A stretch of DNA of 64,000 nt from Lepidodermella squamata (lineage: Eukaryota; Animalia; Gastrotricha): NCBI GenBank assembly GCA_047495785.1, contig JBLDXI010000021.1, positions 2,046,001-2,110,000 of the forward strand, read 5' to 3'. The position numbers and the translations under genes are program-made. Shown here one piece after another: positions 27,401-39,300 of this stretch. Each line of letters starts with the position of its first letter. Within the stretch, counting starts at the first letter, position 1. The notes beneath the pieces were generated by a model. The model searched no databases. It saw nothing but the letters and a program-made list of their open reading frames with translations, and was not told the origin of the DNA.

Positions 27401-30400
27401 ATGGAGCTTTTTGAGACCAGTTCTCACTACATCGTTCAGGAGGGGGAGAACGCGCTATGGTGCAGCCGAGAGACGGGTATCATGGAGGCTCGCCCGGGCA
27501 GTGATCTCTGCCAAGCGACCGATCCGCTTTGCCTCGGCCTCGTCCAAGGGGTCATCGGCCGGCTTCAGGTTGGCATGGACCCTGACTGCAACTGGCTCCT
27601 CCTGGTTTCGAAGTATAGCGAGGTTGGAATGCTGCCAGGGGGTCACCCAATCTACCGAATAGATTCAGTCGTTTTCTTGCCTTTAACTCATTCTGTTCCT
27701 AATAACGGTTCTGCTTCGAACCACGAAGGTTCCACTGGCAATAGCAATAGCTTATCAGTCGCTGATCAAGCCGAGCAGTCTTTCGATAATGAGGTTAGGG
27801 AATTGATGGCAGCGAATCTGCTGAGGTGCCCCAAACACGGCGGGGTTGCGCTTCCGGGTAGTGCTCGTAATTCGACGTCGAATAGCGGGGTCGATGCAGC
27901 CCATTCTCCTGGATCGTTCAGCGGTATGAACAGCCTCGCTGCACCAACCGGCGGCATGTTTAAACGTACATTCAGCAATTTACTCAGCACTGCGTCTTCG
28001 TCGATTGACAATTCAACCCGGTTCCGAAAGCCTGAGTCTAAAACTGCAAGGCGTATACTGGAAAATCTTGACAAGCTGTTTAACGATTCCCCGTCCTTCT
28101 ATTTTTCGTTTTCCGGCGATATTACAGCTTCAACGTGGCGAATTTCGGCCGATACTTCCTCTAACAAACAAACTCTTATAGCTGATGACAGATTTTTCTG
28201 GAACAAACACATGATGTCTGATTTATTAAATTCATCGAATCCGCTTTCTTCCTATTGGATTGTGCCGATTATTCAAGGCTATGTTGAGTTTGACCGAGTT
28301 TCCTTGCCCCTCGCATCGTCCACAGATAGCCCAACAGTTCCGAATGGTGCAGTTTTGTTTCAGAAGCCGCGCGATTCTGATGATGCGAACAGTGTTTTTG
28401 GCTCACCGCCGATGATTTACACGTCTTCGCCAACAATTGAGCTGCATATTGGTGTTATTTCAAGGCGCTCCCGCCATCGCGCAGGCACGCGTTACAAAAA
28501 GCGTGGGGTTGACGAACATGGCTACTGCGCAAATTATGTGGAAACAGAACAGGTTTGTTTTTGTCTATGTGGTCATGTGGTTGGACACTGAATATTTTGT
28601 TTTCAGATTCTTTATTGGCCCCCACATTGGTGCTCTTATGTTATTGTGCGCGGATCAGTGCCGCTCTACTGGAGTCAAAGTGGCATTCAATACAGGCCGC
28701 CTCCGAAACTGGAGAGAAGTATGATTGTGTTGTATTCAAGTTTTATTTGTAAGCTAGTATTTGATTTCATTAGCTCCGGCTGAAAATGCGGAGGCCTTTT
28801 CTTTCCACTTCGAGCGCGAGCTTATCTATTACAAGCATGTCAATATCGTGAATTTGCTCCATCAATCCTCGAAGGAGGAATCACTGTGTAACGCATATAC
28901 GGAAAATACGCTATACTACAACTCACCTTCTCTCACTTACATATCTTTCGATTTCAACGAGCATTGGTAATCAGACAATTTGTATACTGGTTTTCTTATC
29001 AATTTTTTTCTTCTGATTTTCAGCCGTGGCATGCGTTTTGAGAACGTCCTCATTCTAACGCAAAACATTGAGAACATCATTCGAGAGAGCAGTTTCACTT
29101 GGATCGACGCAAATGGCCGAATCTGTGAGCAGGCCGCAGCTTTTCGCGTTAACTGTCTTGACTGTCTCGACAGGACAAATATCGTTGAGGCAGCGATTTG
29201 CCGAGTCATGCTCGAGATGCAGTGCGGCAAGATGGGCATCCTACCACCAGATAGCGCTCTTCCTACAGAACTATTGAGGACTTTCAAAACTTTGTGGGCT
29301 AACAACGGTGACGCTATTAGCCGACAATACGCTGGTACAAATGCTTTGAAGGTTTGGCTTAATTTTAACGAAAATATGGTGAATACATTCCATTTAATTT
29401 TAAGGGAGATTATACGAGAACTGGCGAACACGGCGTAACAGCTGCGTTGAAGGATGGCTTCAACTCAGCCAATCGATATTACCTCAATCAGTTCCAAGAC
29501 GCATCTCGCCAAATAGCCATCGACTTATCGCTAGGCTTCACGCCGGCCGCCATTGAACGCTTCAGCCAGGGCGGCGCTGGTGGTTCGATCTCGCAATCAA
29601 ACTCCAGCCAAAACCTGGCGGGCGTTTTCAACGGCGATGAAACAGGCGGGGCCGCTACCGAAAACCTGGAGGCGAAATGCGAAAATCTTCTAGCTGTCAT
29701 GGAAGACGTTCGCAAAATGTTGTTGACTGACGAAGATCTGTGTCTGGGATCTTGGCTGCTATTTGACAGCGGGTATGCTTTAGTAATCAGTTGCGAAAAC
29801 TTAACCATTCGCTTTTTTCATACAGTGACTCGTCCGCTACAACGGACGCTGAATTCGATGTGATTATGGTTCTTAGCTTAAATTCGGTTTTCATTGTCCG
29901 ACTCGATTTGGAAGGCGACCCGGTCTTCTACTATGACATTCCACTCTCACATGTGGAGAAGTTCGAATGTGGTCAGTTAGCTTTGAGTGGCGGAAGCATT
30001 TTCAGAAAAAGCAAAAAAGTCAATGGCATCAAAATAACCTATCGACATCGCCCGTCGCTGGAGGAGAGCCAGTCCTTTGACATGGCTCGAGCTCATCAAG
30101 CCGAGAGCTTCTGCTTTGTCCTCCGACCGGCTAATTATCGCTTATTTAGCGGCGTTTTGATTCAAGTCGAAAGTCCTTCTGATTATCAAGGTTCGATTTC
30201 TAATCCCGTTTTCTTTCATTTTGTTTAAAATTGTCTTTATTCAGAGGTCCTGACTATGATCAGCGAGTGCTTCCGCAATGTGTCGCGGATCTCGAATACC
30301 GATTTTCCTATCGACGAACTCGGTGAAAATGCGTTGAAAATCGATCGGAAGAAGACCCCGCGAATTGACAGTCATCCTAACAAAACACCATGGGCCGATT

Positions 30401-30837
30401 CCGGCCAAACGCTGCAGGCGTTGACTATTCAATCGCCATCGAGGAGAAACAGCATGATGGTACCTGGCGAAGAAATCGAAGATCCGGTGATGACTTCGGT
30501 GGTGAACGCGCCGAAGAAATTCTTCGATACCTTTAAGCAATTTTCTAATTTATTGAAACCCGGTCAACCTGTGTTCACAGCTGAGCAGGCTAGGAAGCAT
30601 GCGAACCCGAAGCCTGCCAAAAGCAATTCTGAAGTGATTCCAACAGTTTTTCACCTATCTGGTACGTCGCTGCCAGCTCCGATTGAAGCGACTCCTGAAG
30701 TTGTGACTACTGAACCTCGACCATCAGCTCCTCTTCCACAGCAAGCCAGCAATTTCCGGCCGAGTCCCACCGAGGAGTGGAAGCGTGAAATTGTGAAGCA
30801 AATGCCTGTATGTAAAACTCGCATCATTCAACTTTGA
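27401..30837 (+). CDS. INPP5F: Phosphatidylinositide phosphatase SAC2
   Basis: Exons 27401-28552, 28607-28718, 28774-28966, 29024-29351, 29405-29772, 29826-30190, 30245-30837. N-terminus MELFETSSHYIVQEGENALWCSR; motifs RRSRHRAGTRY, catalytic RVNCLDCLDRTN and WANNGDAISRQYAGT; C-terminus CKTRIIQL. Confidence 0.94.
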
Positions 30838-31671
30838 AACGTCCTTTTCCTCGAGCATCTCATTCAATCGCAAACACAAAGTCATCTCTTGTTCTATTTC
30901 GTCTTCTTCATTAGCATTAATTGCTTCTGAGATTTTGCGGAGAATATGATTTTAAAATAAGCTATCATCAAAGATTTTCTTGTTTTAATGCAGTATTTGC
31001 TTAGAAATACATTGTTATCAGCTTTGCGGTTGATCCGCTATGATGTGCAAATAATTATTCGCCTGCAAAGCTGTATTGTGATGATTGTAAATGTTATATC
31101 TGTATTGATGAATTGTTTTTTACTGCAGAAATTCTAAATTTGTTGTTGTAAGTTTTATTCGACAATGATTGATATTTTACGAACAAAATTTGAGAATATC
31201 GCTCGCTGCGGTGCTGTTTCAGTGCCGTCTCGTACTTGTTTTAATTCCTCTCTTTACCCGGACGGTTTCGTGGTTTTACTTCTCTGAATAATTTGTTTCC
31301 CGCACTGCTGATTTGCTAACACCTGATTTGACAGCTTTACAAAATCCTCGAGCATTGCGTTGCATTGCTGCTGATGTCTGTCGCCTGTTGATTGCACACA
31401 CTGCATCCCACTCTGAGTGAAATTCACCACTTCAATATTTCGAAAAAAAACCGCCAATGTAAATGTCAATTTTAGATGTTTTATGAAATAAGGAATATTT
31501 TCTCATAAATTTGTTATTATATTCTAGTTTTAGCGAGGAATGTGCGATTATTTTCTATGCGCCGGTATTTTATGCAGGTGTGCTTTTTGTTGGGCATCGC
31601 TTCACATTAAAGATCAAGTTGCAGCATTTGATCGAGTTTTTTTTTTAAAAAACCATAGAATTTTTTTGAAA

Positions 31672-32776
31672 ATGTCAGTTTTGGGTCGATGTGTTGTTTC
31701 GGCGTTTCTGCGAACCCAGAGCCGCTCGAATGGTGCTGCTAGAACGCTGTTTAGGCTGACTGGGGTTTATCCTACGGTGGTTACGCCATTTTCCGAAAGC
31801 GATGAAGCTGTCGACTTTGGCCGGTTTGAAGTCATGCTTCGTCACTTGGACCGTTACCCGGTCGCAGGCTTTGCTTTGCTGGGCAGTTCCGGCGAGTTCG
31901 CCTCAATGGGTTATGAGAAGAAACTCGACGTGGTCTCTCATGCTCGTAAATTTCTGGGGGATCATCGTGTTATTTTGGCCGGAGCTGGTCTTGAATGTTT
32001 GTTCGAGTTTGATAGTATCATCAGCCATTTGTAAATGATTTTTTGCAGCAACGACTGATACGATCGAATTGGTAAATAAAATGGCTGGTGCCGGGGCTGA
32101 CGCTGCGTTTGTGTACAACCCGACTTATTTCAGGTACTATCAGGTCATTTTTTTCCCGTCGTCCATTTTCAAATCGGAAATTTCCAGGGATCGTATGGAT
32201 AGAGATGCCTATCTTGAGCATTTCACAAAAATCGCCGACCGCAGTCCCATTCCGATCGTACTGTACAACATTCCAACCCATATCGATGTCGACATTCCGA
32301 TCGACGTCGTTGTCGAACTCGCCAAACATCAGAAAATCGCCGGCATTCTGGACACGGGCGGCAATATCACGCGCATCGCTACTATCTGCATGCAGACGGC
32401 CAAGTTTACTGACATTCGCTCGAATCCGTTCAACGTCGTCGCTGGATCGGCTGGGTTCTTCCTACCGGCTCTCTCTGTCGGCTGTACCGGTGCTATCTGC
32501 TCCCTGGCTAATATTCTGCCGTTCGAGCTTTGCCGCTTGCAAGAACTGTTCGAAGAGGGCAATTTGAGCGAGGCTCAGCAGCTTCAGTGGCGCATGCTGC
32601 TGCCCAACGAAGCAGTGACAAAGCAATATGGTGTTCCAGCCCTGAAGTCGGCTCTTCGCAGTTTCCTCGGCATCGACACCGGATCGGTCCGAGCTCCTCT
32701 GCGTAATTTGACCCAGGAAGAGGTCTCTAAGGTGGATAAGATCTTTCGCGACAGCGGCTTTTTCTCCAAGTCATAA
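31672..32776 (+). CDS. HOGA1: HOGA1-like paralogue A (DHDPS/NAL fold); catalytic Lys replaced by Leu
   Basis: Exons 31672-31996, 32049-32133, 32188-32776. Mitochondrial-type presequence; motifs GVYPTVVTPF, GSSGEF, PIVLYNIP and VVAGSAGF. Reads IAGILDTGG where the family has IVGMKDSGG. Confidence 0.85.
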
Positions 32777-33069
32777 TTGAAGTATTGTTGCTAAGAAGTC
32801 GGGACATGTTTGAAAAACTGTTTTATCTTATAATAATGTATCATCTTCCATTCCATGTGCTCTCTCATAGTCATGCTCATTCCTCAAAGTTGCCAAAGTG
32901 TTCTTACCAAATCGAAACCTAGTGAGACTGGATACTAGAATATTTTTGTATTATGCTAAGATATATGATATCTGAACGAAATTTCAGTTGCATGCTCAAG
33001 ATAAAGCTCGTTACAAAAATTGTTTCACTTATTTTCGGTGTAGAGTTCAGCAATAAATAGTAAGAAAAA

Positions 33070-34150
33070 ATGTTGGCAAGTGTTGGACGTCGCCTATTTC
33101 AAAGCCATGGTCTGCAAAAAATCTCTGCAAACACATTGTTCACATTGAGAGGGATTTATCCGCCGGTGGTAACTCCATTCGAGGCAAAAACCGAGGCGAT
33201 TGACTATGAGAAATACGAAAAAATGTTGCGCCATCTTGATCGCTACCCTTTGGCTGGTTTTGTTATTCTTGGTAGCAATGGGGAGTTCCCATATTTGAGT
33301 CAGTCGGAGAAAATTGACGTTGTGAAACATGCGCGCCGGATTTTGGGCAAAGACAGGACAGTGATTGCTGGTGCCGGAGCGGAATGTAGGCCATTTTTAT
33401 AGTTAATTACACAATATGTTACATTTATCGCATTGAAAGCTACGCGTGAAACCATTGATATGGTGAAAGAAATGGCTAAGGTTGGTGCTAACGCGACGTT
33501 GGTGTACAATCCATGTTACTACAAAGCTCGTATGAATGCAGCGTGCTACATTCAACATTTCACTAAGGTAGGTTGGGCTGGCAGATGAACTGAACTTGAA
33601 AATGAAAATGAATTATTGAACGTAGGTTGCCGATGCTTCCCCAATCCCTGTAATTCTGTACAGCGTTCCAATGAACACTGGTATCGACATCCCTCTTGAT
33701 GCTATCGTGGAATTGGCAAAGCACCCTAATATTGTTGGCATGAAAGAAAGCGGAGGAGATGTCACTCGAATTTCGAATATCATTCGGTTGACCGAAAATC
33801 CTTCCAAGCCGTTTAACGTAGTCGCTGGATCAGCAGGTTTCCTGTTACCCTCCTTACTGGTTGGGTGTGTTGGAGCCATCTCGGCATTGGCCAATGTATT
33901 GCCAGCTGAGATGTGCCAACTGCAGTTCTTATTCAACGAAGGCAAGTTGAAGGAAGCCCGAGATCTGCAAATGCGACTAATCGCTCCGAACGCGGCCGTG
34001 ACCGCAACATATGGAGTCCCTGGACTGAAGACCATCTTGCGGAAACTGAATAACGTCGACACAGGTGCTGTGCGCTCTCCACTGCTGGAAATTTCTCCTG
34101 CAGATGCCGAAAAGATTGTCTCGATTTTTAAAAAATCGGGTTTTCAGTGA
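33070..34150 (+). CDS. HOGA1: 4-hydroxy-2-oxoglutarate aldolase, mitochondrial (paralogue B, catalytic residues intact)
   Basis: Exons 33070-33385, 33440-33567, 33626-34150. Motifs GIYPPVVTPF, GSNGEFPYL, PVILYSVP, HPNIVGMKESGGD (Lys codon 33743-33745) and RLIAPNAAVT. Confidence 0.94.
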
Positions 34151-35383
34151 AGCGTCCTTTATCAATCATATAGAACCGTCATGCTGTATGCCACTGCACC
34201 CCCATAAACTATTTTCATTCCGCGGAAATGTGATGCTATGTTGCTAGTCCCCTTCGTTTTGATAGTCATCCTCAAAAATTATTGTTGACTGTGCAATTCT
34301 TTGCAATTGGTGCTAAAATCCCGGGTGTAGTATCTTCAACGATTCACGCAATAAAAATTTATCGATGAACGTGCCTCTTTTGAGCTGGTTCCTGGAAGCT
34401 ACAGAGAGTGGGTGAATATGCGAGAAAAGTCGATGCGGGGAAAGCGGGCCATCACGAGCCATGAACTTTAAGAATGGCATCCAACTCTCAAACTTCTTAG
34501 GCGAGCGATTGTAACAGGTGCGGAATGGATTGGAAAGAATTCCTAAGCCACGAGAAAATTGTGTAACCTATTTTCAGTAACATCACAAGGCAGCCGGTCA
34601 AAAAGTGAGAGCTTATAGATTGATGATTGATTTCATTTCAATTATAGCCTATAGACATTCTAATGTCTCAATCATCTCAAATCCGCTTGCGCCTACAAAT
34701 TTTACCAGTGTTTTTTAGGGTTCATCAGAGTGGTAAGACACAACAAACAGACGGTGTGTACCACGGCTTCGCAAGCTCTCCGGTACATTTTCCGAACTCA
34801 GAATCTCTTTTAATCCGGCTGCAAGATCACAGGGAGAATTTAAAAAAATTCAACTTCAGCAGGGGTTTTAACAACATGGTAAGAAATGCGATTCTTCAGT
34901 TTGCACCCGGCCAGAAATCTTCTTTCAATCAGCTATAGTCGTCTCAACGCCAAAAGGAAAAAAGTTCTGAGGAATTATGATATCGGCCCAACAGTATCTT
35001 CCCATTTTCTCAAGCTTCGCATGGATTGATACTTTCGTCCTCAGCGCCTGCTATGCTGTTCCCGTGCGCTGTGTAGCGAACTTGTCTTGTTTTGGCTAAT
35101 CCCGGCACACATTGCCTGCTAGTGCGAGTAAGGGCGTCAATACGACCTGCCCGTTCTTGCGATCTAGTGATTTTTTTCCCGAGATGCGATTTACCTGTGA
35201 GCCATGAGTGGAACCGGCATTTCTTGAATGATGTAACAATTTAGCTCATCATTTTCCACCTTGGTCAAGGCCAAGTTTTTAGCATGCGACAATACCTCTT
35301 ATTAGTTTATATAAACTTGAAAATATGCTATTTTAGTTGTATTAATATGTTTCACATAAAAATATTTTTTTATATTTTGTCAC

Positions 35384-35500
35384 CACGTGATATCTGCATG
35401 CCGCGTGGTTTTCCTTGATCGGTGTTTCCTGGCTGGGGTTTCGCCTCGCGCGATTGCCGGGTGGCCCACGGGCCGCGGCTATTGGTGTCTCCGAGTAACC
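35384..35500. promoter_or_regulatory. GC-rich island with CACGTG E-box and CCAAT box upstream of NOP56
   Basis: CACGTG at 35384-35389 followed by an abruptly GC-rich stretch of about 100 nt containing ATTGG; further TTACGTGA sites at about 35549 and 35831. Confidence 0.35.
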
Positions 35501-36083
35501 TGTGTACTGTATGTAGTAGGTACTCTTCCAAGAGGTGGGAAATTTAAGTTACGTGAAAGGTAATGCTTCAACTCTAACCGTATCTTTACCCAACTGCGCA
35601 GCATGTACTGGTGACTTCGAAATATAAAGTGCCTAGGTCCGAAAAGAAAAATGAATACGATAAATATGTGTGCTCATTGACCCCTATTGAATTATTGGCT
35701 TGCAAGTTTGCAAGTGTTTAACTTCAACTCCACCTAGTGAGGAATGCCGATGATTATTGATATTACCAATTTCACAGTGGGGTATGCATTTCTGCTCTTG
35801 CTATTCTTTGGATTTTATTTTCTCTAGTTATTACGTGACACCCTATTATTAGTCGTCTTCCCTCTGGCAAGGTCTTAGATAAAAATCAGAGTCGATACGT
35901 GCTCAAAAAGTAGTTACGTTGTAATACTGAAGATACGTAGTGTGAACTTGTTGATCCCTTTTGGTTACAGACACTGTTCTTTCAAACGAAACCGTGAAAT
36001 TCTTGTTTCAAATGTTTAGAATTTGTTGAGATTTATGATAGTTTGACTCCGGAATTTGTGGTTCCTAATTTGAATTTCTTCCA

Positions 36084-37896
36084 ATGGCGAAGCAGTTGCT
36101 GATTTTGTTTGAGCATGCCTGTGGCTATGCTCTATTTCGAGTAAAAGAGTTTGAAGAGATCGGGCTGTTTATACCTCAAGTCGAAGAGAGTGTGGCTGAC
36201 TTTTCTAAATTTCAAGGTGTTGTGAAGCTGATCGCATTCACGCCATTTTCTAGCGCCGGAAGCGCTCTCGAAAATATTAATGGTTTGACCGAGGGACTGA
36301 TACACCCCGACTTGAAAGTATTTTTGGAGACTAATCTTCCTAAGAACACCAAAAATGAAGTTGTGCTTGGCATTGGTGACAGCAAACTTGCAGCTTCTCT
36401 GTCCGAGAGCTTGGAGGTTCAGTGCCAACACACTGGCGTTGTGCCGGAAATAATGAGAGGCATTCGCGTGCATTATCACAGATTTATCAAAGGCTTGACT
36501 GACAATGCAGCTCTAAAAGCCCAGCTTGGTCTTGGACATGCATATTCCCGATCAAAGGTCAAGTTCAATGTCAACCGCATTGATAACATGATCATTCAAA
36601 GTATCAACTTGATTGATCAACTGGATAAAGATATAAACACTTTCGCCATGCGAGTTCGGTACGTTTGAGATATTGAAGCTAAAATTTAAAAACTAAACGA
36701 AGTATCTTAACATTCTAGTGAGTGGTATTCCTACCATTTCCCGGAATTGATCAAGATTGTCAACGACAATATATTGTTTGCGAAGGCTGTGAAATATATT
36801 TCAAATCGCAAGGAAATGTCGGAAGAGAAACTGGAAGGCCTGGAAGAGATCGTTCAAGATGCTGGCAAAGCTCAAGCCATTCTTGACGCCGCGCGATCGT
36901 CAATGGGTATGTTAATATTTCTGATAAATTTTCCATAGCTATGATTATCGTCAATTCAGGAATGGACATCTCGCCCATCGATCTGATTAACATTGAACGA
37001 TTCGCTGTCCAGGTTGTAAAACTGTCAGACTATCGTAAACGTCTGTACAGTTATTTGTGCTCAAAAGTCAATCAAGTATCTCCCAACTTGGGTGGTCTCA
37101 TTGGCGAACTTGTCGCTGCTCGGCTTATATCTCACGCAGGCAGCCTTACCAACTTGGCTAAATATCCTGCTTCGACGATTCAAATTTTGGGCGCCGAGAA
37201 AGCTCTGTTCAGGTAATCAATACATTCTTACTTGATGTACCGGTACCAAATATTTTTATTTCCAGAGCTTTGAAAACCCGTGGTAATACGCCGAAGTATG
37301 GGTTGATTTTCCACTCAACATTTATCGGCAAAGCTCAAACCAAAAACAAGGGCCGCATTTCTCGCTACCTCGCTAATAAATGTGCCATTGCGTCACGTAT
37401 TGATTGTTTTGCGGAATTCCCGACTGAAGTTTTTGGCTCTCACCTGCGCACTCAAGTTGAAGACCGGCTCAAATTTTTCGATTCTGGCGATCTGCCGAAG
37501 AAGAACGTTGAAGTCATGCGTGACGCCATGGGCGAAGCGTCTGGTCTCCAAGCCGAATTGGAGCGCAAGCAACGCAAGAGAGAGAAGAAAGAAAAGAAAA
37601 AGCGCCTGGCCGCCCTGGGAGCTGTCGAGGATGATGTCGATGAAGATGAGGACGAATCACCAAAGAAGAAGAAGAAAGCTGCCAAGGCGGATGGCGTTGA
37701 AAACGAAAATGGTGTTGTAAATGGTTCGGCCAAGAAATCGAAGAAACAGGCCGCAGCTGAGGAAGACGAAGACGACGTTGAGGTTGAAAAGCCGAGCAAG
37801 AAGTCGAAGAAAAAGACCGAAATCGTAGAGGAGCCTGAGCCGGAGGTTGAAAGCCCGAAAAAACGAAAGAGGAAGAGCAGCGCTATGGTCAATTGA
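36084..37896 (+). CDS. NOP56: Nucleolar protein 56 (box C/D snoRNP)
   Basis: Exons 36084-36658, 36719-36906, 36960-37212, 37266-37896. Motifs [63 protein letters not shown] and a KKE-rich tail. Confidence 0.97.
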
Positions 37897-38717
37897 TTGA
37901 CGTTTCTTCTTTTCGAGTCAAGAAAACTTTTTGTGCTTTTGTTCTTCGATGGGCGCTTTTTCATAGTAAAACCTAAACCAAATCGCGATCATGTAATAAA
38001 ACTTGGTTTTTAATCTGCGCGTCTGTTTTCGGAACAAGGTTAACTATTTGATTATTGGTCTGCGGCCAAATTAATTTGTCACGCTGAATGAATTCAGTTA
38101 GACCGCAAGCAGCGGCTGACTGCGGTTTTAATTTCATTGCAGAGGGTATCGCAGAGTGTACTGGAAGTTTCAATAGCAACCATTTATTTTTAAAACACAT
38201 TGATTTAATTAACCCCAGATCCATCGTCAGCTGAGACTGGTGAATTGTAAACTGCACTTTATGGCCGCCCTAAAATCTTTCTGATCTCTTCCTAAATTTT
38301 TATAGGGCAATAGTACCATTTTACTTCCGTCAGTAGTGTTAGTTGTATTAGGGGTATTAGCATGTTGAAAACTGTTTCACAGCGATGCATAGGAGGTCAC
38401 CTTATCAGCGATTGTTTAATCATTGCAATTCGTTTAGCAGTATGAAGTCGATCTGAAATTTGCTGTGGAAAATAGTTGAGCCCTTGCTACTAACATTGCC
38501 GAGTCTACGGCATACGTTTCTCTAATATAATGTTTTCATGGCAGATGTAAATAATGTTTTGTGCGGGAAAAAAGTTATTCGGAAATGCATTTGCCTAATT
38601 TTGAGGGTCAACATGATGTGTTTGTGCTTATGTCCGGGCGCAATTTGTTTAGCTGTCCCTCCCTATATTCACAGCGCAAAACTGACCAGACGACCCATAT
38701 CAGTCATATATAGGAAA

Positions 38718-39300
38718 ATGTCTCTATTAATTAACTTATTTAGTTTTTTCTTGGCTGCATTTCTGCTCAGTGATCGTACAAGTTGGTTAAGTTTGATTGC
38801 ATAACCGATGTGTAATTGCTCTCCTGCTCGGACAGGTGCGTTGAAATGTTACGTCCAATTGGGGCAACCCGCAGCAACCGATCAAGTGACGAAGCCAAAT
38901 TCAACGGTTGAGTGTCGTCCCGAGGAAGATTCCTGTTACGTGAGTTGATTCATTTCTATACAAGTATCTAACTTGAATGAATTTTACTTGGAATTTCCCG
39001 CATGTATTTTTCGGGTCATCTCAATATATTAATTAATCTCTCAATTCGCTGCAGGAGTTGAAATATTGGGATCAAACGGCTCGAGGTTGCATGCCAAGCT
39101 GCCGGCCATACAACTTCAAAGATGACTCTATAAAGCGTTGTTGCAAGGAGGACTTATGTAACTGGAACGGTCGCAGTTGGGAAGAAATTCGAGTAGAGGT
39201 TAACATTGCCCTTAATCACAACTTGGCTCCAAAAGTTTCACCATCCTACTATTTGTGTTTCACATTGATAATTGCTTTGACCTTGTTTCACCGGCAATAG
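38718..39300 (+). CDS. Ly6/uPAR three-finger domain protein, probably GPI-anchored
   Basis: Exons 38718-38781, 38836-38939, 39055-39300. Signal peptide, ALKCY, 8 Cys including RGC..C and terminal CCKEDLCN, hydrophobic C-terminus. Confidence 0.8.

Noticed and set aside
35031-35048. Minus-strand CTGAGGA-CGAAA resembling a hammerhead core
   Set aside because: No stem II, and I did not identify flanking stems I or III; most likely a chance match.
35432-35490. Possible HDV-like ribozyme (CGCCTCGCG followed by a hairpin and GGCTA)
   Set aside because: L3 residues, the P1 G-U start and P2 pairing could not be fitted to the nested double pseudoknot.
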